A DNA stretch of 64,000 nt from Nageia nagi (taxonomy: Eukaryota; Plantae; Pinophyta): assembly GCA_050084985.1 (NCBI GenBank), contig JBITNC010000001.1, forward strand, positions 179,986,001 through 180,050,000. Direction: 5' to 3'. A program made the position numbers and the translations under genes. The notes beneath the pieces were generated by a model that was not told where the DNA came from, did no database searches, and saw nothing but the letters and a program-made list of their open reading frames with translations. This document shows positions 13,968-26,647 of the stretch, one piece after another (position 1 is the first letter of the stretch; the number at the start of each line of letters is the position of its first letter).

Positions 13968-14941
13968 GGTTGGCGCATGATTTCAAAAGACAAAATCTTG
14001 TCTTTTTGAAACATGCAACTAGACCTGGGAGCCGTCCAAACTAAAGTTGAGGCTTGGAAAAGCAATCTGGGCCACTTTCAAGCCCAACGCATGCCTCCAG
14101 GAGAGAAAATCTTTACTTTTCGAAGCATGCGCCAAGGACAAGCAACAAACTGGACCAGGATGAAGCTCGAAAAGACAAGGTAGGGATACTTCAAGGTTGG
14201 CGCATGGTCTCAAAAGACAAAATCTTGTCTTTTTGAATCGTGCGACCAAACTGGGAGAAGCAACTGGGCGAGTTCAAGGATTGAGAAGTGAATCCCAGGC
14301 ACCCAAGAGGCTGGCGCAAGCCTCAAAAAGACAAGATTTTGTCTTTTTGAACCATGCAACTAGCCCAAAAAGGCTTGCAATTTGTTCAACCAAGAACAAT
14401 GACTAAAGCATGAAGCTTGAAATCTCGGGACCAAGTCCAACACACCCAGGAGGGCTGGCGCATGATTCCAGAAGATAAGTTTGTGACATTTTGAGCCATG
14501 CGCCAAGCCCAAGAAGCCTCTAGGATTGACCAAAGGGGGGGAATTTGGCAAAGGCAAGGGAAAAAAAGCATCAAAGAACGAAAAATTGGCCATCTGGAGG
14601 TTGGCGCATGATTAAAAAAGACAAAATCTTGTCTTTTTTAACCACGCAACCAAGATGGACGGGCAGGAAAGGCTTATGCATGCCTTAAAAAGTCAAAAAC
14701 ATGATTTTTGGAATCATGCGCCAAGCTTGAGGAGTGCCCAAGTTGAGATGAAAGATCAAATTCGACAAGTCCAAGCACCAGAAAGACCAAAAATCAGGAA
14801 AGATCAGGTCGAAGGGCGAGTTCACAATCGAGACAAGCAAGCAAGTGAACAAAAAGGGCCAACGTTTGAAGCATGCTCAACCCCAAGGCTAGCGCATGAT
14901 CCAAAAAGACACAGTCATGTCTTTTTTGGCCATGTGCCAAG
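13968..14941. repeat. Array of 8 spaced ~53-bp palindromic units (GGYTGGCGCATG-N-AAAAGACAAAATCTTGTCTTTTT-N-CATGCG)
   Basis: Units start at ~13968, 14081, 14195, 14309, 14452, 14599, 14671 and 14887, separated by dissimilar spacers of ~20-160 bp. Confidence 0.9.
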
Positions 14942-15093
14942 CCAGAATGAGCTCTAAAACCCCAAGGTCCGGTCACAGGCAACTTGACATGAATTTTGGC
15001 GTAGGCACACATCTCGAGATCGTCCAAACGGATGGCTAAGATCAAGTTTGCTCATTAACCTAATTGACTAGGGTTAGATGCAAGCCAGTTTGG

Positions 15094-15102
15094 CTATAAA
15101 TA
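15094..15102 (+). promoter_or_regulatory. TATA box upstream of the orphan ORF
   Basis: CTATAAATA, 230 nt before the ATG at 15324. Copy C has TATAAAA at 40724-40730 before its ATG at 40865. Confidence 0.5.
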
Positions 15103-15323
15103 CAAGCCTGGGGACTTCATTTTTTCAAATCCAAAACTCGCTCCTTTTCCACTTTTGTGCCAAAGTAGCAGGAAACTGCAGATTTTTGAGCTTGAATCCC
15201 ATCATAATCTATCCTAGGGCTTGCGCAAGCATTTGGAAGGCAAGCCAATCCAATGTGGGGTGCCTTCACCACTTGGAAACCCTTGCATCACCCTTGAGAG
15301 ACTTCGTTGCAAACCTGAACACC

Positions 15324-18300
15324 ATGACTACTCCCAAGGGCAATGTGGCTTCAAACTTTGCTAGGGACCTCGAGCAGTTGACACAAGATTGCGTTATCAC
15401 TATCTATGAAAGACAAGACTCCCTTCCCCAAGGGGCCAAATTCTCGAGGAACGTTCTTGCTACCATCAGAGATACAGAATGGCAAGACATTGATTGAGAG
15501 ATAAAATACGGGAGTTACCCATCAGTGACCTCAAACAAGACATTGTCTTCTTCTTTGGACTCTCCACATGCACATGTGTACCCTTCACAGCTCCGTTTCT
15601 TGAATTGTGCATGGAGGTCGACCATCACTGGCAAAAGGGGGGGAGAGTCCTCCGTGATATCAAAGGAGACATCATCATGGACTTCAGCCCCAACGCCATC
15701 AAAACGGTGTTCCAGTGGACTCAAGAAGGAAATTTCAAGTACAACGAGGCACAATCACTGGCATGCTATCAAGAGACCAACAGGGCCGTTGTTGCAATCA
15801 AGAATTGGATGTTGGATGACCATCATGGACTCAAGGGTAACACTCTCATAAATGCTCCTCGTTCCAATTTCTATCCTTCAATTAAGTTGATGATCTTGAT
15901 GTTGTCCAAGGTTCTCGAGAAGGAAGATGCTTCTAAATTCAGGAAAGAGTTCTTTGGCTTCATCATTGAAATTGCTAGAGGGAAAAGGATTAGGTGGAGC
16001 AAGGTGTTGAGTGACACAATAGCTGATCAGTTATCATCCATAGGCACCACTCGCAAATTCTACCTCAATTCATACCTAGTGTACATGTTGCTTCACGACG
16101 AGTACAGGGCCATGGCGAAAGGAGAATCAACATTGATCGAGAAAGGGACCTATGCCATTTGGAGATGCTACCCTAAATGGAAGCTTGAGAGGAGATGGGA
16201 TAGTTTCACCATGAAGAACAATGGATGGGAGTATGAGATCTACAAGGAGCTCAAAGGAGAAATCACAGTGGCAAGGATCTCTAACTCAGCCCAAGATGCA
16301 TTGAAGAAGCATGGGGACTTCTTCCTCCATCACCAACACTATTCCTATATCAAAATCCATGGGTCAGCCGTGAAGTCGTATCAATTGCCAAGGTTCATGA
16401 GCAACAAATTGCTTCTTATGGAGATGAGGCAATTGGCCTATCTACATGAATAGGTACGGAAGAAGAAATCGACTTCTTCAAATTTGTCGATTATAGTAAG
16501 TGAATACCAGTGTAAATCTTGGGCGGACGTTCACACTATGAAGGAAGAGTTAGCGAGATGTAACTTCAAGAAGATGCCTACCGCCGACCATTATGACCTT
16601 AACCACAGGATGCACCAGTTCTTCATGAAGGAAAGGAAGAAAGCATATAAGTACAAACCACGTGGAGAAAAGGAACCTTTCCGAAATGGGAGTAACGAGG
16701 TAGAGATGAGAAAGATTCGCGAAAAGATGCATAAAGATGCCCATGATCAGCAACACCTTGTCGAGGCCACTATCAACAAGAGATTATCACAACAGGAGGG
16801 AAGAAGACCTCAAGAGTCCACATCCAGGGTCACCCAGTTTCCTCCCACAGTTGAAGCACCAGTTGGACAGTATGCGTCAATGCGTGGCAAGAACCCAATA
16901 GAGTAGAAGTAAGGGATACCATTGATGAGCACGAAGTGAGAGAGCTAGAACATGTGGCCACGGACAAGATGGTGAAGTGTGTCAGGAATAGAGAGAAGGA
17001 TTCAACCCCACCACCAAGATCACCTAGAGAAGTAATTGGGAGTCCATCACTAGTCATTCCGCTATCTAGGTCTGCATCCACTAGTCCCGCATATGAACCT
17101 GACAACCATGAGGAAGAAGAGGAAGTCAGTGAGACAAAAGAAGAACAAGGAGTAAGTGCATATTAGCACGATGAAATCCCAGATACACGGCAAGAAGACG
17201 AATCCTTGGAGATAGTGAAGGTAGTCCAGAACCCCACAGCTTCCAAACCATCCACAGAGAAGGTTAAGGGATGGGCCTCAGAGACAGTACAGAGAAGAGC
17301 CTAGTTGAAGAGAACTTCACAATCATGGACAACAAAAACCTCCGAGGAGCTTGGTGAAGAAGAGGCAAGACCCTCGAAAAGGGCCAGGAAAAGTACCACC
17401 ACCATTCAGGAAGTAGTTGTTAAGACTCATTAGCCATCACCTACAGATGAATGGAGAGTTAATATGGAGGAGTGTCTGGATGTGTTCAACATGGATGTTG
17501 AGGAGGAGTTTGGAGTGAGAGAAGAGAATGATCAGATTAGAGAAAGCTCCACTCGCCCGAGTAAGACCTAGACTTATGTGCATCTAGCCAAGAACACAAT
17601 TCACATCAAGACTATAATCGCAGAGAAGGAGAATTCCCAACGACTTGAAGATCTCAGGCAGGTGAACCAAATCATCAATACAGGTCCTATTGGTTTGGCT
17701 GGTCGGAAACATGCAATCATCTCCACCCTTGAGGCGATTACCAAAGATGGGATGATGAAAGAGAAAGAGATTAAAAGCCTCAAGAAGAAGTTAGTTGCAC
17801 AAAAGTAATTGACTAGAGAATTAGAGTTAGCTAAGGTGCCCACAGAGGAGCTTCGAAAGATAAAATCACTTGAAGAGGGCATGATTGCAGTGAAACAGGA
17901 AAAATTGATGAGGTCTTAGTAGTAGTACAGTAGTTCATTGGTGCACTACAAAGGGTAGCATTTGAAGAGCAGAAGCTGAAGGATATTGTGGTGGAGAGAG
18001 CCAGCCTTCTCAGGATTTTGGATTCCCGAAGGCCTATGATCATGAAGTTGGAGATGACACGAGACCGAAGGCTCGAAGATGTGAAGTTTTGTGAAGAGTA
18101 CTGGTTCTACTTGGGTGTCGTCAACCAGATAGCCACACATTTCCAGGAGGTGCAGAAGCAGGTCGAAAAGCTCAATGACAAGGCTAACACTAGCCTCAAG
18201 CAGATGGATTTCCAGGTCAAGTTCATTGATGATGATGCCACCATTTGAGATAAAGACCTGGTAGTGGCGAAAGTGAGGCACTTTCTTCACAGTCTAATCA

Positions 18301-18527
18301 TGACTGATGATGTCAACACCTACCAAATTGGGAGTCACTTGAAGCACCTACCTAAAGCTCGCACTTGGAAGGATGATATGCAGAGGATGGTGGACAAGGT
18401 TGGACGCCGCATCACTAGGAACGGGCCAAAGCTATCATAGATGCTGCACGGGTTAGAACTCACAGCAAAGTTCTTGGATGAAGATTTTGAAAGACGCATT
18501 GAGGTGTTGGGCCCACATGTGCCTTAG
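15324..18527 (+). pseudogene. Disrupted ~1060-codon orphan gene of element A
   Basis: Same-strand ORF pieces 15324-15497, 15494-16453, 16484-16906, 16936-17166, 17578-17808, 17988-18248 and a tail ending ...ERRIEVLGPHVP* chain through single stops and frameshifts. Collinear homology with 40865-44446. Confidence 0.85.
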
Positions 18528-20621
18528 TCGCAATTTTCATAGTTTTATGTTATTTTCAAGAAAATGCATTTATTTTATGAAACATTTTGATTATATTTGA
18601 TATTTAATTCCTATGTTTGAGATGGATGAGGATTTGCTCCCACAAACTTGGAAGACATTTAGTAATGCCATGTGGCAAGCTTTGATTGAACCATTTGTTA
18701 CTTCTTGGATTTTGAAATTAGGGTTAGGGAAACATTTAGGGTTGCCACAAAACTATTTATAGCCCACTAGGGCTCATTTGTAGGGGATTAGATATTTTTG
18801 CACTTGTGAGAGACTTAAATTTTACTTCCAATTCAGCAAGTTTGCTCCATTTACGAATGTGATATACTCCAAGTAATTGAATTGTAAATGCTCTCATTTG
18901 AAACAATGAATGTTAATGGATGTTACTTTCTTATGTTGTCTTGAATACTTGGTGCATTTTGTAAATCCGGTTTAAGGTGGACAAAAGAGTGCTTGAACAT
19001 TCTTAGAAGTACTTCAAGTAACGCATGGTTATGTAATGATTCATAGTTTGCACTTAGGACTTGTACACTTTATGATGGCTCCCATATGTCACTTAGTCTA
19101 GGAACTTCACTCCTTTGATTAAGGTCTACCCACCTCTCACCCCTTTTACCTCCATCGCCTTAGCTTCAAGCTCCTCTTGCTAGGTCATTTGTGTCGTTGC
19201 CCAACAAGTTGGATTCAGAGTGCGTGGAACCTATGACAAGCCCGTGAGAGTTGAGTCTTAAAACCTATACCAATCGGTGAGAACATTGAGCTCATGTGCT
19301 GAATTCATATATCACTGTCTTCTCAACCTTTTTTCTTTTATTTTTATCCTTTTTTGTCGGGCTTTTGCAACCTCCCTTTTCTTTTCCTTTTGAAAAACAA
19401 CCATTCCTGGGGACAAGGACCCTTCGAGTCCTTGGTTAATGAATACTATTTGAGTTGGAGATAGCTTCAAACATCTCTACCAATCCCCTGAGTCACCTCT
19501 TGCACACTACAACACTAAACCTTTGAGGTAACCAGTCCTCATAGCGGGTAGGTGTCACGCCCTACCACTCAAGTGTCGGTGTCTTTCTATGGGCCTTGCA
19601 ATTTAAATTGCCCATTAGCAAGGTAGGAAACAAAAAGCCCCCAACACTTAGTAGGAAGGAGTCTCCATTATAAGTATTTCAATTTCGAAGGCTTTTATGG
19701 CCTTTGTTTCTTCATTATAAGTATTTCATGCATGATTTGAGTTATTCTTTCATTTCAAATTTGGTTTTAGTCACTAATCTATAAGGACAAGCTTGGTCAT
19801 CATCTAAGTTGATCGTAACCCCTGCAAAATCTAGGACGAGTCAATCCCCCCAAAACCATTGAACTTCCAGGTGCTCTTTAGAAAGAATTCGATGGTGAGT
19901 TTCTAAGGGTTAGAACTCTGAGATGCACAACATATCACATTCCTTGTTTCAAATTGATATATGTTAGATTTACAATTGTGATGCTTGTTTGTTAGATCTT
20001 CATGGGCCTAGTTTGTTCATTAATGTTATATTACACTCCTTTATTGATATTTCTTCTAGGCAAATTCTATATTAATCTTGTAGGCAAATTATTGGGTTTT
20101 ATTATTGTTATAATTCATTTTTTTCATCTACATTATTGTGTAAGGAAACAAATGTCAAATTATTATGTTGTATATGGAAGATGTAATCTTATGGGATAAT
20201 GTATCACTATCACCAACATGTGGCAAATATATCAGGTATCCCTTCATGGTTTAAGGGGCCCATAGGTTCTATTTCATGGGGCTTTAACATCCATGGTATT
20301 ATTAGTTGTTAGACATAAATATAAAAGGGAGATGTCATTAATCATGTCTTCAAACATTGTACACGAAAATTTGGAAGGTTGCCCCTTCATAGTGGCTATG
20401 CATATTATGGTATTTCTCTATCTTAAGGGTTCTCAAATATCTTATGTGCAATTCCTTTTGTTCTTCAATTATTTTTGCACATTGTGGTGACATTTTGTGG
20501 AGTATTATTCTTATTTTCTAGCATTTGCAAGTTGAATCATAACAAAGGAAGGCAACTTTTTTCCCCAAAACTACAAATACAACCTTACCCAATATAGATG
20601 CATTATGTATAATATTCTTAC

Positions 20622-20700
20622 CACGTCCACGCAATAATCGTTGAATTGATTCCACTGAACCTCCTATACATAATGCAGTTGGAAAATCCTTCTTACAATC
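20622..20700 (-). CDS. NDUFAF5: NDUFAF5 coding exon 3
   Basis: 79 nt, [26 protein letters not shown](G). TGTAG acceptor and GTAAGA donor. This is exactly the segment expected after LLDRLE in plant orthologues. Confidence 0.92.
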
Positions 20701-20721
20701 CTACAACACCAAAGTCAAAAT

Positions 20722-21033
20722 GGCAGTATGTCATTGTTAACCTGGTAACACTGTTTCGCACATTGCAATCCACAAATGATGCTTGAAAATTAATCAACAT
20801 TATCTAAAGCCAAATATACCTTGGACTTTAGAATCAAATAAAATCCAACTTTCTTTTGTTTAGAAGAAGACAAGAAAACGGCATTATGTCATTGGTAGCC
20901 TGGTAACACCGTTTCACATATTGCAATCCTTTTCTTATAACACAACACAAGCGATGCTTAAAAATTAATCAGCATTGTCTAAAGAGAAATATACCTCAGA
21001 TTTTGGAATCAAATAAAATCCAACTTTCTTTTG
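20722..21033. repeat. Diverged ~140-160 bp direct duplication just inside the intron 2 acceptor
   Basis: GGCA.TATGTCATTG...CCTGGTAACAC...GAATCAAATAAAATCCAACTTTCTTTTG at 20722-20858 and 20880-21033. Confidence 0.85.
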
Positions 21034-24000
21034 ATTAAAAGCGGACAAGAAATTAGCCTCTTTCCTTATGGTTATGAAATTATAGTGAAGGATGTGAAGT
21101 ATAGGAATGAAGAACTGTCATCATTAAAATTTCATTCTTGTCAAATGCTTGTGCAAAATCATTGTGTGCTAAAGTCAATGATTCTTATGCACAAACATAA
21201 ATACATTGTAAAGTAACATCGTCAGCATAAGTGTTAATGGCAACAATAGGGTTTTATTCCAATTTGGTTAAAATACCATTGAGCTTGGGCTCTTCAAGCA
21301 AGATTGAGGGGGAAAACAGGTGGTGGAGACTTTGATGTGCCAAGCAAGCAAGTCAAACATTAAGAATAAAGAAGCAACCAAAAAAACGGTGAAACACTCT
21401 TCAAGACCGAAATTTCTTGACAAGCAGCTAATTGTAAATCGCTTTAGGTCATTATGATGATTTTTGCATAGAAATGTCTCCATGTCATGCACCCCAATTC
21501 CATTGTCCGAATTGAGGATTCAATTCCTGTTTGTAGTTACTCATAATTCCTTTTCCTGAATTTATACTACTTTTTTTTAATTACGTTTAATGTTACATGA
21601 GACCCATGGATACCAAGAGCTATAAATTTTGCCTGCATGATTTATTCCAGCAAATCATAAACATATTCACCATTTTTGGTGAACAGGTTTCAAATTCTGC
21701 CACACCATTTTCCATGAGCAGATCAAGTTGCTAACTTACCCTTTACCGTGAGTGGGCTTCCAATTCTCATCAGCCTCTACCGTAAGCATGTGAAATTTCC
21801 TAGCTAGTCAGACCAGGACAATGTCAGTATCCATGTTTACATGATATGCTTCAATAGTTTGATTTACCTTAAAATCATAAGCTCCTCATTGTCCAACAGG
21901 TTTCAAGAACATTTGTAAGGTAATGATTAGTTTACTTGATGTTACAGTCAACTAAAGGAGTTTCTATCATATGTATCATGTCCTGTATTTTCATCATAAG
22001 TTCATACAGGTAATGAATCTAAGTTCTGCATGATATTCGTCTAGGATAGGTCTTGACCTCAAGTACGCTTGAATGTAACCATAGTCAATGCTTGCATAAG
22101 TTTATTGTTCTTCTGAAGAGATTAACAAATTCCCATATCATTTCCAAGATCTAACCTTACTGGATAGCTCAAGCAACTTGCAACATATATTTTAATTATA
22201 TGCTATAGGTGAACAGCCTAAAGTGTTATGCCTGCCATTTACTGTTACATCATAACATGGTGGTCATATGCCTAGTTGCTCAATTTAATAATAGATTCAT
22301 ATATTTGTTTTTATCATTCAAAATTGACCAGTTAAACTCCATGTATTTTACTTTCCCATTTTCACATAATATTATGTTACTTCTCATGATATGAAACTTG
22401 TGTATATATTTCCTGTTTTTCTTTACTACAGTTGCAATACAAATGTGCATTGATCATCATTCCCTGTTATCTATAACAGTAACAACAGTTTAAACAAATA
22501 AACATGATTATAAAGCTTATAAACAAGATAAGTCATTCACCATAAAGATACACAATTTATTGTAGTGGGGAACTCCAAAGGAGGAAAACCCACTGGCAGT
22601 TTTCACTGCCATGCAAATGATTCTTTTATTATTTTTTTCTAAATGCATTACGTAACCTAAGCAGTGGAGTACAATTCCACTAATTACATGTTTCTCATGC
22701 TCTATTCATTTTTCCGTAATCCAGTGCCATTGCAATTCTTATGCTTTCATGCTATTTCACATGCTCCGGCACGTTTCCTTGCATCCTTTATTCAATGCAA
22801 TTGCAACTGCTTTTATGCAAAAACACATTCTCATGTTCGTACAGGCATTCCTTTCCCATGTCATCATAACACAAACATTTAATATGCATTATACAATCAT
22901 TCCAGAAGAATACATGCTTTGCAAATGTTCTTAAAACAATACAGCTGTACAATCTCTCACATTCTAGCATGAACTGCCTCCTATGCAAATTTGGACAGCA
23001 GTAAATAGAAGAACCCATTGATATGTAGCTGGTCTTACCACATTCGAAATGAAATGTTCAGCCATAGGCCATTATACAATAATATAAGTTTACCAGAAAT
23101 GCCAGCATTAATTTCTTAAGACAAAATGCAATGCGGTTATCTCTATCTGCTTATCACAGTTGATCAACACACATAGTGCAGATTTAAAAACCTTAACATA
23201 TGTGTATTTACAAATATATTTGCAACAACAATAACTAAAAATAAATGTTTTTTTCTTCAACTGTGCAAAAGCAACAAATTTACCAGCTAATACAAAAATG
23301 AGGGCATCCATGGCTAGAAAACTGCCTCTACTTCTACCTAGAATACAACTTAATCTAGTGTAGTTTTATCATGTTTTCTAAAGCAAATTTTACTAATGCA
23401 AAAGACCATTTTCATGGCTGCAAAAGGAATGCAAGGCAGTTGATTTTCTTTTCACAAATTCGTCATGAAAATAAGAAAATGAACTTCCAACAGTCTTACC
23501 TTTCTAAAACAAGAAACAACCAGCATTCTCAAAGAAACAATTCCTCAATGGAAGATCCACAATCTTCAATAACAAACCCACAAAAATATATATGCATTTC
23601 AGTGATCTTATGAACCTAAGAAAGACATTGTTTCCAACTCGAAACCATACCAATCATAAACAACAACAATGCAAATATGCAGAGTGTTCCATGCAATACC
23701 CATCAAAAACTTATGGACAGCAAACTCTTTTCACATTTCCACACTTAGAGGGTTAAGCATTACCTCCTTGCCTTGAAAAATCAAAACATAAGAAACTTCA
23801 ACTTACTTCCCTCTTCTCCTCCTCTACACTGCGCACTGTCTGCTGCTCAAATGGAGTGGATTAATCCTGTTTTAACCAACCACACCAAGGTCGGCACAAT
23901 TTCATTTCAAATAGCATGCTCTTGCTCATTCAATGCCAAGTTCATCATGGAGTTGTAGAGACTCTTCTACTACACTCCATCACCCAAACAGGCTCCACAC

Positions 24001-25209
24001 ACACCTTCCATTCTTCTTGGTTCATCTGAATAACAATCCTGTTGGTGATAAGTAGCATCCTTTTCATTTTCTCATTGGCTGGGACCACAGCCATGCATGG
24101 AGAAGGGCACTACATTCTCTAGAACATTATATTACAATATTTTATTACTTCCAGTTCCAAGCAATCCTCCTCCTATGGTGCGACCATGTTCTTTAGGCAA
24201 TATTTGTATATTCATCATGCTCCTCCACGCAAGCATATGGTGGTTTACAATCCCTTGCTATAACTTCCAAAGACCATCTAATGACATGGCACAATATTGC
24301 AGCCTTCCAATTGGCTGCCAACATGCCTCATCATCCCTCTATGTCAACGCATGCTTTGGTGGAGCCTTTTAATCATTTAAAAACATTTCCATGCCTTCCC
24401 AATTTCAACACTTCCTCGTCATTGATGCTAATTAAACATTCTCATTTCGCTTTTGAAATTTCAATGCATACATTTCAAATATGCATATATTTCGATATTC
24501 TAATGATTTCATTCTTATATTTATTTTTAATAAAAGTGTATCATTTGCTTAATAACCATGCAAGTAATATGCTTAAAATAAAACATTCTCTTCATGTTTT
24601 AAGGTAAGAGATCTCAGGAGTAAATTACTAGTGCCCAAGATCATGTAATTTAAAACAATTTAACAACATTTATCCTACAACTAATGCTATGGATTTGCTA
24701 AGCATAGTCCTTAGATGGAGACACACCTTATGATTTCAAAAACGCAAATAAAATGAACCTTCATAAATAATTAGCCAGATACCAACAATGTTAAGGAATT
24801 TTCTGATATTTATAATTAGACATTCCTATGCCACAGCAAAACATATTAAATGCATTTTGTATAATTAGTCTTTTAGATTAAGACAAGAGGGGTTGTGACA
24901 CTCCATGTAGTCAATAGTGGAATTTGCATTCTTCTCATCATTCAAATTGTCATCCAACAACTCATGTACTTCAATGCAATGAACATACTTCATATCCTTG
25001 TCTCCCTCCTATGAATTGGAGTTCTACACCTTGTTCACAACCCTTACCTATAGCATCATGGATACAAGTTAACTTTATCATCAATGACAACAACATTTGA
25101 CCTTGTTTATGGCATCTTTCGTTGATAGGTAAAGGAGGGGGAACATTTGTTCCAAATTCTCCAATTGAAATACAAAAGACTTGCCCTCTAGAAATGATCC
25201 AAAATGAAT

Positions 25210-26647
25210 TTTGGATCGACAAAAATTAAGTGTTCGAAAAGTCTAATTTCATCAATCTATGTCGAAGATCTTTTCTCCATGATTCTAAAGGTTCGAACAA
25301 CACCTCAAAATGATCTTTGGTTTGTCAAATATTGCAATTTGAAGTTTTCATAAATAATAATTAAATATTACTATTTATTTACTTATTAATTGGAAATTTG
25401 CAAGGTTTTAATTTAGAAAAGGGGAAAATGAATATTTGAAATGTCCAATAGGACCCATAAGGCTTCGTAAGCATCCACATTGTGGTCAAACCGAAGTTGA
25501 CTAGGGGATATGTGACATAAAGTTTATCTTGGGCTGCAAGAAGACCATGGGCCCACGCGCCACATCAAAGGACATTGGGAAGTCGTGTGTAAAGGGAGCC
25601 TCCTGCCACCATGGCAACATGAGGATCCGCTTTTGGAGTCCAACGTGGAAGTGTGAAAGGAGACCATCGGCTGTGTAACCCACCTTGGACTACCCACCAA
25701 CATGGAGTTGTGTTGAGTCTATCAAGCAAGGAAGCGATCACCATCCGCCAAACTGTGGAGGTGAATAGTGGAACCCACGTACGGTTTGAAAGATGTCATC
25801 AATCCGATGACATCACCATAGGCTCTATAGAAGCGTGCACCAAATGAAGGAATTTTTACCATCCAACTCCTCTCTTTCCTTGACAAGTGGAAGTCTATAT
25901 TGGATCCGCCCTATTATTGGGTTTATAAGGTATTTTTGGGTATTATTTGTTTGGAAAAACTTGTAGATGCATTTTGAGCCTATGTTGTTGCCCATACAAA
26001 TTCCAAAGAGTTGTATTTTTTAAGGTGGAGACAAATATTGTTAAGTAACCTCTCCAAAACAAATTATTGGTGAAACTAATTGCCAAAATGGAGCATTCAA
26101 AAGGATAAGACAAGAAGACAGTATTATTGTTGAGAGAGAATATTATTGTAACCATTTTATTTGTATTTTTGAGGCTCCTTAAACCTATAAAAGGAGACCA
26201 TAGTATTCTAAATGGTTAATGAGCATTTTTTGAGATAGAAAGTGTGAAGTCCAGGATGTGAATATATTCCTGAGAGAGTGGAGAGTTTTAGGCAAGGCTT
26301 GTCGAGGTTAATTACATAGGCAAGTTTTGTAAGCTCTTGAAGAATTATTAATGTTGAGAGATTTGTGAGAGATTATTGCCTGAGAGTTGAGAGCATCATG
26401 AAGGCACTAACATTGGGATTTGGAGGTCTTGAATTTGTTCCAGTCAAAAGCATTGTGAAGAGCCTTTTGGATGAAGGTTTATGTACTCACTTCTCATCAT
26501 CATAGTGGAGTTTTGTTGTAGTTTTCTACCCACATTGGGTTTCTCCAAGGTAATTTTTGTCTCAATTGTGGTGAATGTTTTCTCTCAAATTTATTTGCAA
26601 CATGATTGTTGAGTAGTTGCTTAAATTTATAAATCAGGGTGTCCACA
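25210..26647 (+). mobile_element. Probable solo LTR
   Basis: TATA-like CCTATAAAAGG at ~26183, GA-rich R-like region, U5-like GTTTTCTACCCACATTGGGTTTC, ends GTGTCCACA. Left end and TSD not resolved. Confidence 0.5.

Larger units (their letters stand above)
13667..19646 (+). mobile_element. 5980-bp TGTTG...CAACA element (giant solo-LTR-like) carrying an orphan gene; copy A
   Basis: Termini TGTTG/CAACA. Perfect TSD CTTAG at 13662-13666 and 19647-19651. No terminal direct repeats and no gag/RT/integrase/transposase motifs seen. Both ends are homologous to 36176-38802. Confidence 0.92.

Noticed and set aside
13968-14941. Calling the palindrome-plus-spacer arrays a CRISPR
   Set aside because: Eukaryotic TE context, no cas genes, degenerate units, spacer lengths varying ~20-160 bp, and spacers inherited in the same order in copy B. 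Reported as a repeat instead.
14019-15045. Short ORFs on both strands within the arrays (also 36524-37633)
   Set aside because: Products of GC-richer palindromic repeats. Frames are not conserved between copies A and B.
13667-19646. Classifying the element as CACTA, hAT, Mutator or a normal full-length LTR retrotransposon
   Set aside because: The 5-bp TSD and TG..CA ends do not fit those TIR superfamilies, the inverted termini are only ~5 bp, and there are no paired LTRs, PBS, PPT or pol.
21268-24100. Several minus-strand GTAAG donor-like sites and short ORFs as extra NDUFAF5 exons
   Set aside because: Exons 2 and 3 already join without a gap, and the translations show no similarity to the family.
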